DNA of 64,000 nt, taken from the NCBI GenBank assembly GCA_047495785.1, contig JBLDXI010000040.1, forward strand, positions 124,001 to 188,000, given 5' to 3'. Of the stretch, positions 48,297 to 61,767 are shown piece after piece (the first letter of the stretch is position 1; each line of letters opens with the position of its first letter). The DNA comes from Lepidodermella squamata (taxonomy: Eukaryota > Animalia > Gastrotricha). The position numbers and the translations under genes are program-made. A model generated the notes under the pieces. It did not search any database. It was given only the letters and a program-made list of their open reading frames with translations, and was not told where the DNA came from.

Positions 48297-50902
48297 TATT
48301 AGGAAAAATCGATAAATAATTGCAAAAAATTTGCCAAGTCAGGTAATGGTTGCGCATGGAGAAAGACTTGTTGTCGGAAGAATCACTGAATTTCACAATC
48401 GATGCTTGAAATCTTTGTTAGCTATAGCTGTTCTAGATACGGCTATAGATATAATTGATAATAGATAGGTAAAATTGATATAATTGATCGATATGGACTC
48501 TTTACAGGATGAAGGCTAACTCGCAAACTGACCGCTGATAGCGCCAAATACGCGGCCCCATGATAAGAAAAATCCTATTTAATGGAAAACTAGTCTAACG
48601 AACAGTCAAATTTTAGAGAAATTACATAATTGAGTCCCATGGATAGAGGCAGAACCCTAAGGTGTTCACTTAGGTGCCAAACTGTAGTGAGACTCGGGAT
48701 TAGGAATTGAAAATGATAATTTCAAAATATTAGAATTTTTGTTAAAACCTGAGGGAATTTTATCAAAATGCGGAGTAATTTTTGAAAAATCGAGGAAAAA
48801 TAGCAAAAATTTTAGAAAATATTTGAAATTCAAAAGCTGTGAATTAGGAACTGTGGTAATGAAATCAGTGTCGTTAAAGGATGAAATTTCTGTAATCCTT
48901 ATTTGATGGGAATTTTGTTGGGCTGACAAGTGGAGCCCTAAGCCGATCAAATGTTGGCTGAACAGCTGTTATCGCTTCCGCTCCTGATGTTAACTCGGTA
49001 AATAAATTTAACACAATCCGCACAGGTGTTGCGGGCGTACTAAGTCAACAACATTTTGATCCTCGGAAAATTGAGATTTCAAAATGGAAATAAATCAACT
49101 TGAAATGATTTCCAAACTTATGCCAACAAAAGGCGATGGAAAAAATAAGAAAAATCTAAAATTTTGAAAAATAATTTGAAATTGAAATTTTGGTATTTTA
49201 GACTATTATGACCTTTGAAAAATCACTGCTGCTGTCGTTTTGTATAGACCTTATAGTGTTGACACGACCTTATTTGATCGTCAAAATATGCATTTATTTC
49301 TGGTTATTTTTATTATATTTACGATTTTTATTTACAGGTACTTGAACCACGGCACGTCACTTGATGTCCCAAATCAATCGGCAATCGCGGTGCATTTCAT
49401 TGCGAAACTGACCTATTTTGGTATTTGCTCCGAAATTATCACGCGCTTCCTGTTATTATTATATGTCGCCGAATTTCATGTCGATTTTATTAGTCACCCT
49501 TAAAAATTTCGCCTCCCACGAATCATTGCCGGTTTATGTCAATGCGTGGGTCCAGAGAGTGAGCAATAATAATTATTCAATTAATAATGCACCGGTACCA
49601 GGTGAGTAGGCACTTTTGTTTATTCGGAAGCTATGATGGCCAAGGTACTTTCCTATGTGCCTTGAATAATTAAGGCAAATATTGCCGTTATATATAGAGA
49701 ATCATTCATAAAAATGAATATTTTTTAATAATGTTGCGCTGGTACCTGGTAATAATATTTTGATGACAATGCACTGCTTAACAACGGTACCAATCAGCAG
49801 TTGGGAAAATTTACATTTACGAGTACCAATATTTATTTAGAATCAAGGTTTATTAAGTTGGAATAAGACTGCACTAATTTTTATATCAGGAAATTTATGA
49901 ACAATATTTTGCATATTTTTTCTAAATTCTCCCTGTTTTAAGGATTTAAAAAAAATTTTAAATGATTTTTATATTTTTTCGATAATGATCAGAACTTCTA
50001 AATTATGTTTAGGAATTTTTACCAATTTTATTCCGTGAGAAAATCAGGAATCCAGGGCGCATTTTTAGCTTTATTTTCTTCGCTTTTCTCTTTTTTTCGA
50101 ATATTTTTTTTCATTTATAAACAGCACGAAAAACCACCTTCGTATAGCCACAGCGCCACGACAAGTCATTGTATAAACACATGAGCTTATTATTATTATT
50201 ATGACTAACATTTTTTGCCCTTCATCAAATAAAAATTTTTGCGAAATTTTTATCTCGCAATTTGCCCTACATAGTTCAATGAATCACCGCACACGGCGAA
50301 TTTCGTCTTAAGGTAACTGGTTCATTATAAATTTATGGCATAAACCCTGCAATAGCGTTGAATCACAACACATATAAACCTGTCGTCCGCTTTTAGAACT
50401 AACGGAAATCGTTACATTACCACTCAAATCAAATAAAAACCTCGATTTTTCGGAATTTTTTTCACGTGTTTAGCCATTAGTATATTCCGATAGAGCAACG
50501 TGAGCTGATTCGAATGATATATGTCTCTAATTACGTGAAAATTTGACCGTAAACTCCATTTTTCACTTGTCAAGTGTGTGTGCGCGCGTTTTATAATGCG
50601 GCTGAGTCATGATAAAAACCACGCGTGGTTTTACACACACACTCTCGTCTTATTACATCATCCATTTTTTGCGCCTAACCTACGCCTCCATGTCGATAAA
50701 CAAACAATAGGCGCTGGTCCTAAGCAACAATATACCAGTCAGGTAATAATACGTTGAGTAACGCAGCAGCTAGACGTGGCGCGACATTGTTCGATTATTA
50801 CAAGCCACGCTTAATAACACGAGAAAATTTATCTCACACACATGCGCGTAATCATAATAATAATTCAATCACGATTTTTATCATAGAAATATTTTTGAAA
50901 AA

Positions 50903-51423
50903 ATGAACGATTTAACGATGAAATGTTACTGCTCGGCGATTTCTATTGCCGTTTTAATTGCGACATTGCTACCGGCACCCAGCCAGGCCGCGTTCAGCAG
51001 CGATCCGTCCAGCTCTGAAACACAACTATTCGCCTCGATTTTTAAGGCGCTGAAAAGCCGGAAACAAAGCGCGACTGGGCCGAAACCTTCGACTGACCTC
51101 AAAACAGGTAAAATTTTCTGAAATTTCTGAAAAATTCAAATTAATCAATTTTTATTTTAGCTGAGCAATTGATTTCGACGATGATTGAAAATAAGGAGTA
51201 CGACAGTTTGACACTGTTGTTGCAATTTATCAAGCAAAAAGAGCGGCAAGCCGCGGCTTCAAAGTGTTTAAAAACGTTCAAATCGAAATCCGTGTGCAAC
51301 AACTCGGCCATGTTCTACATTTGGCAGCAAATGGAGGCGAGGCGGCTGCTCAATAAAAACAATGGCGGCGGCGGCAGTATTAGTAGTAGTAACGATTCTG
51401 CGATAGATAACAGTGAACGTTGA
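50903..51423 (+). CDS. Secreted C-x9-C family protein S1
   Basis: Exons 50903-51107 and 51161-51423. Signal peptide and KCLKTFKSKSVCNNSAMFYIW. Confidence 0.75.
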
Positions 51424-52565
51424 TGTAATAATCTCGTTTAATTATAGTGTCAAATAATTTCGTTGTGTTTTAGCTTTTTTGTAATACTCAGCTTTCCAAT
51501 CTCTTTGAACATAATAAAATGAAGAATTTTTCTATTGAAATGAAAAAAAATTGGATTCCACGTTTTTGAGGTCATTGTAAAACTAGTGTTCCAGCGCTGA
51601 ATTTTCCCGATTTTTTCGATTAAGGAGGATTTTTTTCAATTTTTTTTTATTATGCATTTTTGGCCAAGGTTCAAGTGAGTAATAGCCACGAAGCAAAGAA
51701 AAAAAATGAGTCGCCATTTTGACACGTGAAGCACTCGTGCGTAACGGCGGTGTGTCCTAGAAAAAAAAACCTCAATTTATTAATAATATAGGCGTGTCTC
51801 GTTTGCGCGTTGCCGCGTCATTGTTTGGCACACAAGGCGCGACGAGTTGTTTTTCTTGGGAACTATAGTGCGCGAGATAAAGTGCGCGGAGGAATTTTTA
51901 TTACCTGTGCACGACTATTGAGATAGCCGCATTAAAGACTTCGCAAAAAATCATGCTACCTTAAAAAAAATATAGTCAAAATATTCAAAATATTTTCAAT
52001 TTAATAAAATTTCGAAATTGCAAATTTTAAAATTTTTGAAAAAATCATGAATCCAAAATCTAAAATTTCCATGTGGAAGCCAAATTTTTCTATTTTTTTT
52101 AAATTAAAATAAAAAAATATTCGCACGATATTTTTGCTTAAGGGCAAATTCGAAAAATATGAAGGTGTGCGGTATCTTATGTAATCTTATGTAATCAATG
52201 GAAAGGTATTTTAGTAAGAAAACAACACTACCGTTCCGGTCGATTGACGTCAGCGTGGTGCTAAACGTGTCATAGAGACTGTTAACATTTGCCCCGCGTC
52301 CCGGGTCTTATCTCACCGATACCTTTTTTGTATACCTAATTAACGGCGCGGTAATAAAAAAACATAATAAACCGAAAAAAATTAGCTAATATAATAATAT
52401 TGCACTTATTATCTTGAACGGTAAAAAGCATTAATCATATCTGTTTTTCAAACAACGTGGGGGGTTAATCGCGCCCTATATAAATGCCGGTTATGTATCC
52501 GCCCAGAATTATTCGACATCACTTTCAAAGCAATTTCATTTCTTGGCAATTGTATTGCGTAAAAT

Positions 52566-53183
52566 ATGACGAATTTCGCTAAAAATAGCAGCTTAAAGTT
52601 AAGCAATTTCGCTAAATGGACCTATGTACTGGTCATATTCGGATTTATCGCAATTTCAGACTTCTCAGAGGCAAGATTACACCGGAGAACGAATAAGCAA
52701 CACATTTCCCCTGAAGGTAAATTTTTCCAAAAAATTTCAAAATTATTTTCATAATTTTTCAATTTTTAGCCAGCGCATTGTTGAGTAAATTAGAGGAAGG
52801 TAGCAGAATTTCCGTGACCTCAAAAAAACTCCACGCCATCTCAGATACCCTAGAAAATAGTGAGTAATTTTTAAATAAAATTTCAATATTTTTCAAATTT
52901 TTTTCAATTTTTTTTAGTGCGAGAGAATTTGAAATTATTGGTTAAAACGTGTACTCTGAATGCGATTGTACGGCAAGTTGAGTTGATTCAGCTGGCTGAA
53001 GAGGCCGAATTTGTTGCCGAGTGCTTGCAACGGTTTAAATTCTATTCGATATGCACGCAATCGACGGCGTACTTTATCTGGGAACAGGATGCTGTTAGTC
53101 AAATGTGGCGCGATAAAATGCAGGCGAATCGCGACAACATTATGCGGCAACTTCAACCGCTAGATTTTTGTGAGGATAAATAA
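52566..53183 (+). CDS. Secreted C-x9-C family protein S2
   Basis: Exons 52566-52716, 52770-52859 and 52918-53183. TATATAAA at ~52477. ECLQRFKFYSICTQSTAYFIW. Confidence 0.78.
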
Positions 53184-55160
53184 TAGTTGTCAAATCATTT
53201 TTAGGAAAATAATTATTTGTAAAATAATGATGATTCCCGGTGAATTGTCCGAAATGAGGCCAAAAGCTTGTTGGGCTATTTCGCCGCTTTATGTTGTTTA
53301 CACGATTTGATGTTGCGAATCTTGCCTGGAAAAATAAATCTGCGAAATTTTCGAACGCGTGTCCCATTATAAGTAACACGCGGCTGAGGAAAATACGAGA
53401 ACAATTGATAAGAAATTCTGAGCAGCGATGTGACAAGAAAAATCCCAATGCAAATATAGTTACGCATGAAGATTGCTAAAACGTGGAAAAAGTACATTAG
53501 GGTAAAATACCGAAAATTACCGAACAAGTTACAATCGGGATTTTTCGGGATTTCTCCGGTAAATTTTTTTATTTTTTCGGTTAAATTGAGGATAAAAGAT
53601 GGGGTATTCTCTCGATAGGCTTAAATTAGTAAAATAAAATTTAATTTCCCACAAAAAGTTGCGAAAGTGAACAATTTGTGCGCTATTTCTGGGACACGCT
53701 GTACTGGTACCCTGGTACCATTAGGTAGGCATGTAATTTTTTTTTACTGCGTGTCTCTTCTGTTTCTTTCTGTTAGGGAATTTGACTATTTTTTCAAATT
53801 TATTGATGGAGAATTTTTCGTCCTTTATCAACGAGTTTGCCGAAAAATAAAAAAATCTTTCGTTGAAAAACCGAAAAACCCCATGGTAACTGGTTCGGGA
53901 ATTTTCGGTATTTTACCCGGTACGACCGAATTTCTCCGGAATTTTGAACTTCACTGACAAGCGACATACTCAACTACAATTCTAATGGCAATTAGAATTT
54001 TTCTAAGATTTTTCTGGCAATTTTTCTGACTTTTTCTGACACAACGCCTCTAATTAGAGTTTCTGACCATTTTTCTTTTACGTTGCTTTTATGGGAAACA
54101 CTCTATGGGCCGCCTATACTATATTTATCGGAAAAATCACTCGAAAATCGATACCAGAAATTGATATTATCGAATCTGCAGATTCAATCCCAACTCGGAA
54201 ACTTTTCAGCGCAAAATTCGGGAAAATTTTGTTGAGTCCTAATATTTTAGCGATGTAACCCTAAAATGTACCCTCGAAACTCGAAACCTATTTTCTTAAT
54301 CAATAGAGAACTGGGAGGGCTGATCAGCGACATTTTACTCTCAAGATGGACAAAGCCGGATCATTGGGTGTACTGATTTTTCTTCTCGCGTGTCGTAGAA
54401 AATGATCAGATTTTTTCCGATAAAACTGATCACATTTTCTCGGTTGAACATGTTGTCATGTTGATTTATTAGACGTCTGTGCTCTCGCATCAAAAGTAAT
54501 TGTCTTCATATTATTCGAATCCTGAGGCACAAAAATGTCGCCTCTCATCCGCAGGCGGGTAAAAGTCGCGTGATCAATTATCACACCGGAATTTAAAATT
54601 AGGCTAATTATTTGACGCGATATAATGATGATTGAAGGAGTTAATTTTCTTAGAAAAATTAGCTTATTATTATGGACTTTTTAAAATCGTAAACAACATC
54701 ACGCGCGCTCTTAGACGTCTGGTGCGGGTAAATTATCCTAATTATAGGTTCACGCAAGACATAATCGGCTGGAAAAATTAAAAAAAAATTCATTTAATTT
54801 TTCAATTTTAAATTTTGAATTATTTTTAAATTAAAAAAAACCAGGAAAATTTTTGCAGTGGGATAAAAAATTTCCAATAAATAAAATTAAGACAAATTAA
54901 ATTCTTGGAAATTGCATGACACTAAAAATTACCTGTCTGTCTCAGTTTGCCTTCACAATAATGAAAAAAAAGCCAGTCGAGGGCATCCGAGAGTATAATT
55001 AGCCCGTATTCTTTACAAGAACACATGTCTAATCTGTCTGAAGTTAATTTACCCGAGTCACCTTTACTTGTCAAGCAATGTCGGAACTTTTGATTAAGCT
55101 AATTTGGGTTCGTTATTATAAATACTAGGTTGGAACAGCCAATTTTCCCATGCTGAAAAA

Positions 55161-55585
55161 ATGATTTGCAACGCCGCAATGTTTTTTCTTTCACTTTGCT
55201 TCATCGGCTTTATATCAGCTTCGGAAAATTCTGGCGAAACATCGAGAATTATCAATTTGATAAATGATAACACCAAAGGTAAATTTCAATTTATTTGAAG
55301 TTCAATTAATTTTCATTAATTTTTATTTCAATTTCAGTTGCGAAAAAAGTCGAATCTGCGAAAATTCCTTGCATTCCTTACGACGTGTATTTCCGAACTT
55401 TGTTCAAGCATACACAGCATGAATTTATGTCCGATTGCATGGCTCAATTTCGATCGAAATCGATCTGTTTGAGGCGAGCGACTTTCTACCTGTGGACGCG
55501 GCAGGAGACGGAAAATTTGTGGAATAGAACCCTCGAACGAGTGGTTGTTCAATTTTCAAAAAATCCACGGCTTAGGCATTGCTGA
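55161..55585 (+). CDS. Secreted C-x9-C family protein S3
   Basis: Exons 55161-55278 and 55338-55585. TATAAATA at ~55117. DCMAQFRSKSICLRRATFYLW. Confidence 0.8.
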
Positions 55586-55875
55586 ACAGTAATGTACTTG
55601 ACAAACATGTGCTCAAAATTGCTGTTATTTTTATTTTTGGAAAAAATCGGATTTTAAATTAAAGAAATAACGCGTGTTGATTTTTTTGAGATCTTGAATG
55701 GTTCTGGGAAAATTGCAGCTAAAACCGCAGCTTTCACCATTATAGGAAGATAAGGTGTGACATCACGTGACAAAACTGAGGCATAACATTTTCTCAAACT
55801 GATAAAAGCTGATAAAAATGCATACCTATTTATTTATTTTTATAGAGATATTATTTTTTTATCGGCCATGGACTG

Positions 55876-55983
55876 CAGGGTGGCCCCAGAAAGTGCGCAT
55901 CAATAATTTTATGAGGAATTTCAAGAAATTGACGCGCACTCCAATAAATGAACTTGGCACTTGCGGCCTTTTTGGCCACCCTG
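55876..55983. mobile_element. Short Tc1/mariner-type MITE
   Basis: CAGGGTGGCC...GGCCACCCTG|TA, with left flank TG. Confidence 0.55.
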
Positions 55984-57694
55984 TAATGAAATACGCGCTG
56001 CCAGCTATTTTCTAAGGGCATTTGCACCACTGAAATGAGGTTCCAACTCTAAATAAAAGCGTCCCAGTACCAAGTTTTTCACATTCTTTGACATTTCGGC
56101 GTTTCTTTTTTTGATCGATACTGATGCCATCTCTGAACCTAGGATTTTCTATTTTAGCTACATGATGCCCTAAGCTACGTATAAAAATTATCAATTTTGA
56201 GTTCCAAGACGGCTGATATCGGGAAAATCACTGATTTGTAAAATCGATACTTGGAATCGATATCGGCTCTATATGATTTAGTATAACTCGTAAACTGACC
56301 GCTTATAGCGCGAATTACGCGTAATATGAAGGTCTATCGGTTAGGCACGATAAACAAAAATTTGGGACTCTAGTGAAGGCTAGAAATTAAAAAAAAACCT
56401 TGTAAAAGGAATTTTAGTGCTGGAACTCTAAATTTGGGTGGCGAACCCTTCTTCAATTTTTTGAACAAATGTCTGTTTCTTTTTCTTGCGAGAAACTTTG
56501 GTTTAGGGAGTTGAGAAAGATGAGAACCCATTTTCATCCAATTTAAGAATTATTTCGCGATTTGCCAGCTGAAAATTCGCCGACTTTTCACTTTCATAGG
56601 TTTCATTTTATTCTCATTAATTTTCAGTTTTCTAGTCTAAATTGTAAAAAGTGTATAGAAATTTCAAAATTTAATGTTCAAGATAGCTTGTCGTTCTTTG
56701 AACGAAATAAATGTCTTATCTTCTCCTTTTCAACAGGTTCAAAAACAGCTGCTATCCTATCGAATAACAAACTATTACGTAGATAGTACTTGCATCTATT
56801 TTCAATATGCGTGATTTTTATATGAACACCTTATTATAAGAAAGCTCAGGTGTTGAATTAGTTCACTGAATTGTCCTCAACAACAACAACAGCCAGACAG
56901 CCTCATTTCATGCTATTAATGCGATGAGTAATGGCGTAGTCCAACTTGCACTTGAATAGGCTAAACTTCCGAGGTTTTGCGGGGCAATGAACGTGCTTCA
57001 TTGAAATTGATCAAATTAGAAAAACAGACGAAAATTACCTGACCAGATAACATCAATTGCGATAATTGAAGCTAATTTAACGGACTGCAATAAAAGTGAT
57101 GCGTAGCTAATCGCAATTCGAAATAACGTGAATTTCCAATTTTTTTAATCAACATTTAATTGGATTTATCATGGAATTCAAGACAAATTTTGGGAGGGTG
57201 TTTTTTTGAGCTGACCAATTAATTCATAATTTAATCAAGACCTAAAATTGCAACGAGATAGCACATTTAGGACAAGAAAGGAAATTTAATTTTTCGGAAA
57301 TTTTTGGAAAGATTAAAAAACCGTATAATACCGTAAAATACTGGATAAAATAATGTGTTCGAGGTTTCAAAATCAGTCTCAATTTAAAAAATCGTGATAT
57401 TCAAGGAAAAAGTGAGTAAGAGAATTCCCGAAATGTTTGCAAATTTTGGTGATTTTTGTAAATTTACCTGATTTTTAGCGATCGAAATTTCAGTTTATAT
57501 TGACTCAAGTCCAAAAATAATTTCGATATAAATTCGGCGCATCTTGCTTTTCGAAAAAAATGGAAAAATTCATGTTTTCCCATCAGCATAAATCAAGCAG
57601 AATCGTCCACAATTTTCAAACAGAATTATTTTATTTACTCATTTTATCAAAATTCTTAAATATTTGTTTTAGCTCGAAATGCTGGTACTAATAA

Positions 57695-58955
57695 TTAAAT
57701 TGTTTTTGTTCTCATCGAATCTTCTTCAAAAGTCTTTAGTAGAGGCGACCAGCTGGGTTCGCTGTAAATCGAAGATGGCACAATACTCGACCGTTTAGAA
57801 TCATTCAAGGCGAATGTAATGTCCTCAGGAGACATCGGATCTTTATCCATGAGGATTGCGATAGCTTGCAGGTGCAGTAAATGGTGAAGATTCCCGTCAT
57901 TTAACGGCTTTTGGAAATTATTCATCCTCAATCGAATGACAATTGCGATGGCGATGATAACGAGTGGAATTGGAATAGCGAGGTACCAAATTTTGAATCC
58001 TCCATTATCGGCATAGGCATCATCATCCGCATAATCGTCCTGAAAAATAATAAAAAATTTTTTTTTAAATTCAAAATTTTAGGAAAATGGTGAAATGTTG
58101 AAAAAAACTAAAAAAACAACGACATAAAATTTTAAATTTAAATTAAAAAAATAAGGATGGCATTAAAATTGAGGAAAATTATAGATTTATAAAAAATTCG
58201 AAATAAATTAAAAATAATCGAGATAAATTTTATAAAATATTCTATAGCATTTTTTTTATGAAAAACAAGGAATTGCGAGTGATAAATCGTTGATGACCCA
58301 AATTTTACGCCTTTTTATTGCTTACCTCAGCAATAATGTGCGTACCAGCGTTAACCTTTTGCATCGCACTTTCCAGCGGAATTGGGTCACTCATCGCCAC
58401 ACAGGAAAATTGCACTAATTTCAGCCGTTTCGAAAAATCAAACGTCACTGCCGACTTGAAATTTTCATCGCCATACTTCAAATTTACAACTAACTCATCA
58501 GGAGCGTTGGTTGAAGTCGATAATTGCAATAAATTTTGCAATAAAATCTGATACAAATTCTTCGAATCCCCGATGCTTGAGCCCGAATCATTTGTGGATA
58601 GAAAATCCGTCAAATCGCAGCTGGAATTGCTACCTTGAGCTGGGTAGCAAGCCAACTTGAAAATGTCTCCAATTTCACCGTCATTTTCCGACAGTTGACC
58701 AGTTATAAATTCTCGCTTGCCATAATTATTTGATTGAAATTCGATTAACGTTGACGAATTTGTCAGCTCAGCATGCAAAACGAACTGACCAGATTTAGAT
58801 TCGCAATTATTGCCACTGCTGGTTGAATGTATGGAAGCTGATAGATGAATCCAGGCCTGATCAGGCGAAGCTTTAGCACTAATACAAAGGCTTAGAAACA
58901 AAATTGAGGTTTTAGTGATTAATTGAAGCATGTTAAACTGTTCTCTAAGTTTCAT
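57695..58955 (-). CDS. Type I membrane protein, ~324 aa, unknown function
   Basis: Exons 58955-58326 and 58039-57695. Signal peptide, Cys-containing ectodomain and TM IWYLAIPIPLVIIAIAIVI. Confidence 0.72.
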
Positions 58956-60872
58956 TTATTGTGAATACACCTTTTACTGCTTGCCACGACCAAGTATAGT
59001 GATAACCCTGAAAAAACGGCATATCAAACAAAACTACACGTAATTTTTAATTAGATAATTTGTTTAGAATGGATTTTGCACCTCAATTTTTTTTTGCTAC
59101 TCAATCTTATTTTTTTTTACATTTTTTAAAACAATTTTTTTAAATGACGATGCTGTGTTTCCAGGTATTTTTATACGTTATTGCCGGAGCGCAGTTATAT
59201 AAGTTTTAAATTTCAAGAGAGTATCGAGTGTATTTTCTTCTTTATTATATCATTTGCGTGCATTAGCTTCATTTTTGCCTGGTTAATTGCTGATATGTAT
59301 AATTTACGATGAGCTGCCAATTTGACGGTTGTAACGTCAAGCGCGGTCGACACGAATGTTAAAAACTCTAAAACAAACACCCACCGAGCGAAATTGAACT
59401 TGAAGCCTTCATCAACTGAAATAATGCAACAACTGTTTTCCTCACAGCACAATGAAAATTGTTAATTTTCCGCAAAATTGCGAAATAGATCGGCGAACTC
59501 CACAAGATTCTGTCAGGTAAAAAGTCCGCCTTAAAGAAATGTGGATGACAAATCCCGTAGATATCTATGATATACAGATTATCTATAATAATCTGATATC
59601 TATGAAAAATCCATAGAGAAGTGAGGATCCGGAGAGGAAACATAATGCTTTTTTATACACTAGCTCATGTCAACAATTTTTGAGGTGGAATTTTTTTTAA
59701 TTTTATTGTTGTTGATTTTAGCACTGTTTAGCAATCCTACTAGTTTCCATGCGTTCAAGGTTGCCTTCTCTTGGAATCTTCTTCCTAATCGAATCTGATC
59801 CCAATGGCAACCGGCAACCTTGAACGCTTTTGGCTCCGAAGTTGATTGTACCTTTTCAAGGTTAAACGTCTAAAATATGGGATTTTCGCGTAGAATTCTA
59901 AGTTATAATCAGTTATAATTATTGGTTAAAGGCAAGGGTCCTATAAAATCGGACTTTGTAAAAACCTGAAACTCCACTTAACCCTAACCCCAACTCGTCA
60001 TCGTCGGTTTGCTAAAAAGCATCTTTTCAATTTAAATATTAATTAGTTAATTAATTATATTTTTTCAATTATTCTAAAAGTCCAAGCAAAACTAGCTGAT
60101 TTTCAGTTTTTTTTCTTCGTACTTTCAGGCGTGAATCTTGAAACTCCAAACTTTCTTGCTAATGAGCACTCAAAATGACTCGTTAATGGTCCAAAGATCG
60201 GCAAGCATATTTTCAATTGTTTACGTCGCGTAATCATTGTCCAAGCGAAGCTTAACAGTTCTATTGATACCAGTAACATTAAATTTGAATAAATAGTGCT
60301 GCTGGAAGAAACCATATCATTCTTTTGACAATTCTCACCTGTCCAGAGGCTGCTGATAATGAAGCTGCTCGAACATTTCGAAAAAATTTGATGCACCTTT
60401 CGATCACAACCCCCCAAGTGACTTAATTGATTACCATTCTCGTGATTTTTTGAATTTTTCCAAAATTTTTCTGGCCATGAGATGTGACTTTGTTTCTCAT
60501 TTTACAGTTTCTGAACCCTTTCCCGTGTTATTATTTCTTGGCTTGCGTTACTCATGGGACACGATTTAAAGTAAACCTGCAATGTGACATTCACCACTTG
60601 TTTTTACTTCTCATTCAAAAAATCTGTTTTTTTCACCTTCGAAATTCATGGTCTCGTCAATAATCACTCATTATTGCGGCCATTTCTATATAACAGCCCT
60701 CTCTAACCTATATTTTTACGCAAATAAATTTGTTTTGTCCTAATGTTGTTCATTGCTCAATGAGACGGAAAATTAATATTATATAAATTGAATTAATCGC
60801 ACAATCAACCCATTTATAGCCGCAAATATCTCGCTGAAAATTAATCGAAATAAGCAAGGAATTATATTTACG

Positions 60873-61187
60873 TTGTTGTTATTCGGCTGTGTTACATTCT
60901 TGATTTTGACCTATAATTTTCCCCTAATTTCGGACACCAATTCCAGCGACAAATCGGACTGCATTTCTCACGTAGCCCTGGCCGGACTTATAACGGACTT
61001 GGCTCGTAAGCGATTCGAACTCGAGTGCCTAAACCGCTTTCAATCGCAATATACGTGTCAATTTCGCAAAACCACCCGCGGCTACGTGTGGCTGCGAGAC
61101 GAAGCCGAATTTCTATGGAAAGCCACACTGAGCGACGCCGTCGAAGAGTACACGCGAAAACTGGACCATCGCCCGTGCCCAGTTTGA
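60873..61187 (+). CDS. Secreted C-x9-C family protein S4 (start codon unresolved)
   Basis: Hydrophobic leader and ECLNRFQSQYTC....GYVWLRDEAEFLW. No in-frame ATG found just upstream. Confidence 0.65.
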   Translation: MLLFGCVTFLILTYNFPLISDTNSSDKSDCISHVALAGLITDLARKRFELECLNRFQSQYTCQFRKTTRGYVWLRDEAEFLWKATLSDAVEEYTRKLDHRPCPV

Positions 61188-61767
61188 TAATTTGCATAAT
61201 AAAATATACGCAGCAACGGCGATTTCGGCCAATCCCTATAGGCACTCCTTTTATTTGATATATCGTAATTGAATCGGCGATTTTTCTACAATAAAACACG
61301 CCCAGCTGTGACTCACGCGAGTGTCTACGCGGAAATTAAATATTAACAATAAAAAAAAATCGTATTTTTACACACATCACCCCCGCGACTATTGGGTGTT
61401 ACTATAAAATGATAATAATATCGGTGCGTGAAAAATTTATCATTTCAGTATAGATAAGCAAACAACGGGTGACTCCGTGGGGTGTTATTGTGTCTACTAT
61501 AGTAGTTAATTTCGCCGCCGCTCGAAAATAATCCACCTGAAAATGAAATCATGCGCGCGCGCAATAACAAATAAAAATAACCAGCACGCAGTGTTTTTCA
61601 ACGTTCAAGTGGCGGGTTCAGACGATTTTTCGACCAATTCTAGTGACGTATACCAATCGAATCGTCTGACTTTGCTCATTCGATTGATACATGTCCTAAA
61701 ATACATTTTTTTCGGTACATTTTTTCATGTTTTTTACCAATTTTTTTTAGTGTGTATTGTTTTAACA

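Noticed and set aside
49240-49609. Small ORFs/possible exon
   Set aside because: No motif or partner exons found.
59213-60417. Hydrophobic minus-strand ORFs suggesting a receptor/channel gene
   Set aside because: I could not build a consistent exon chain or recognise motifs.
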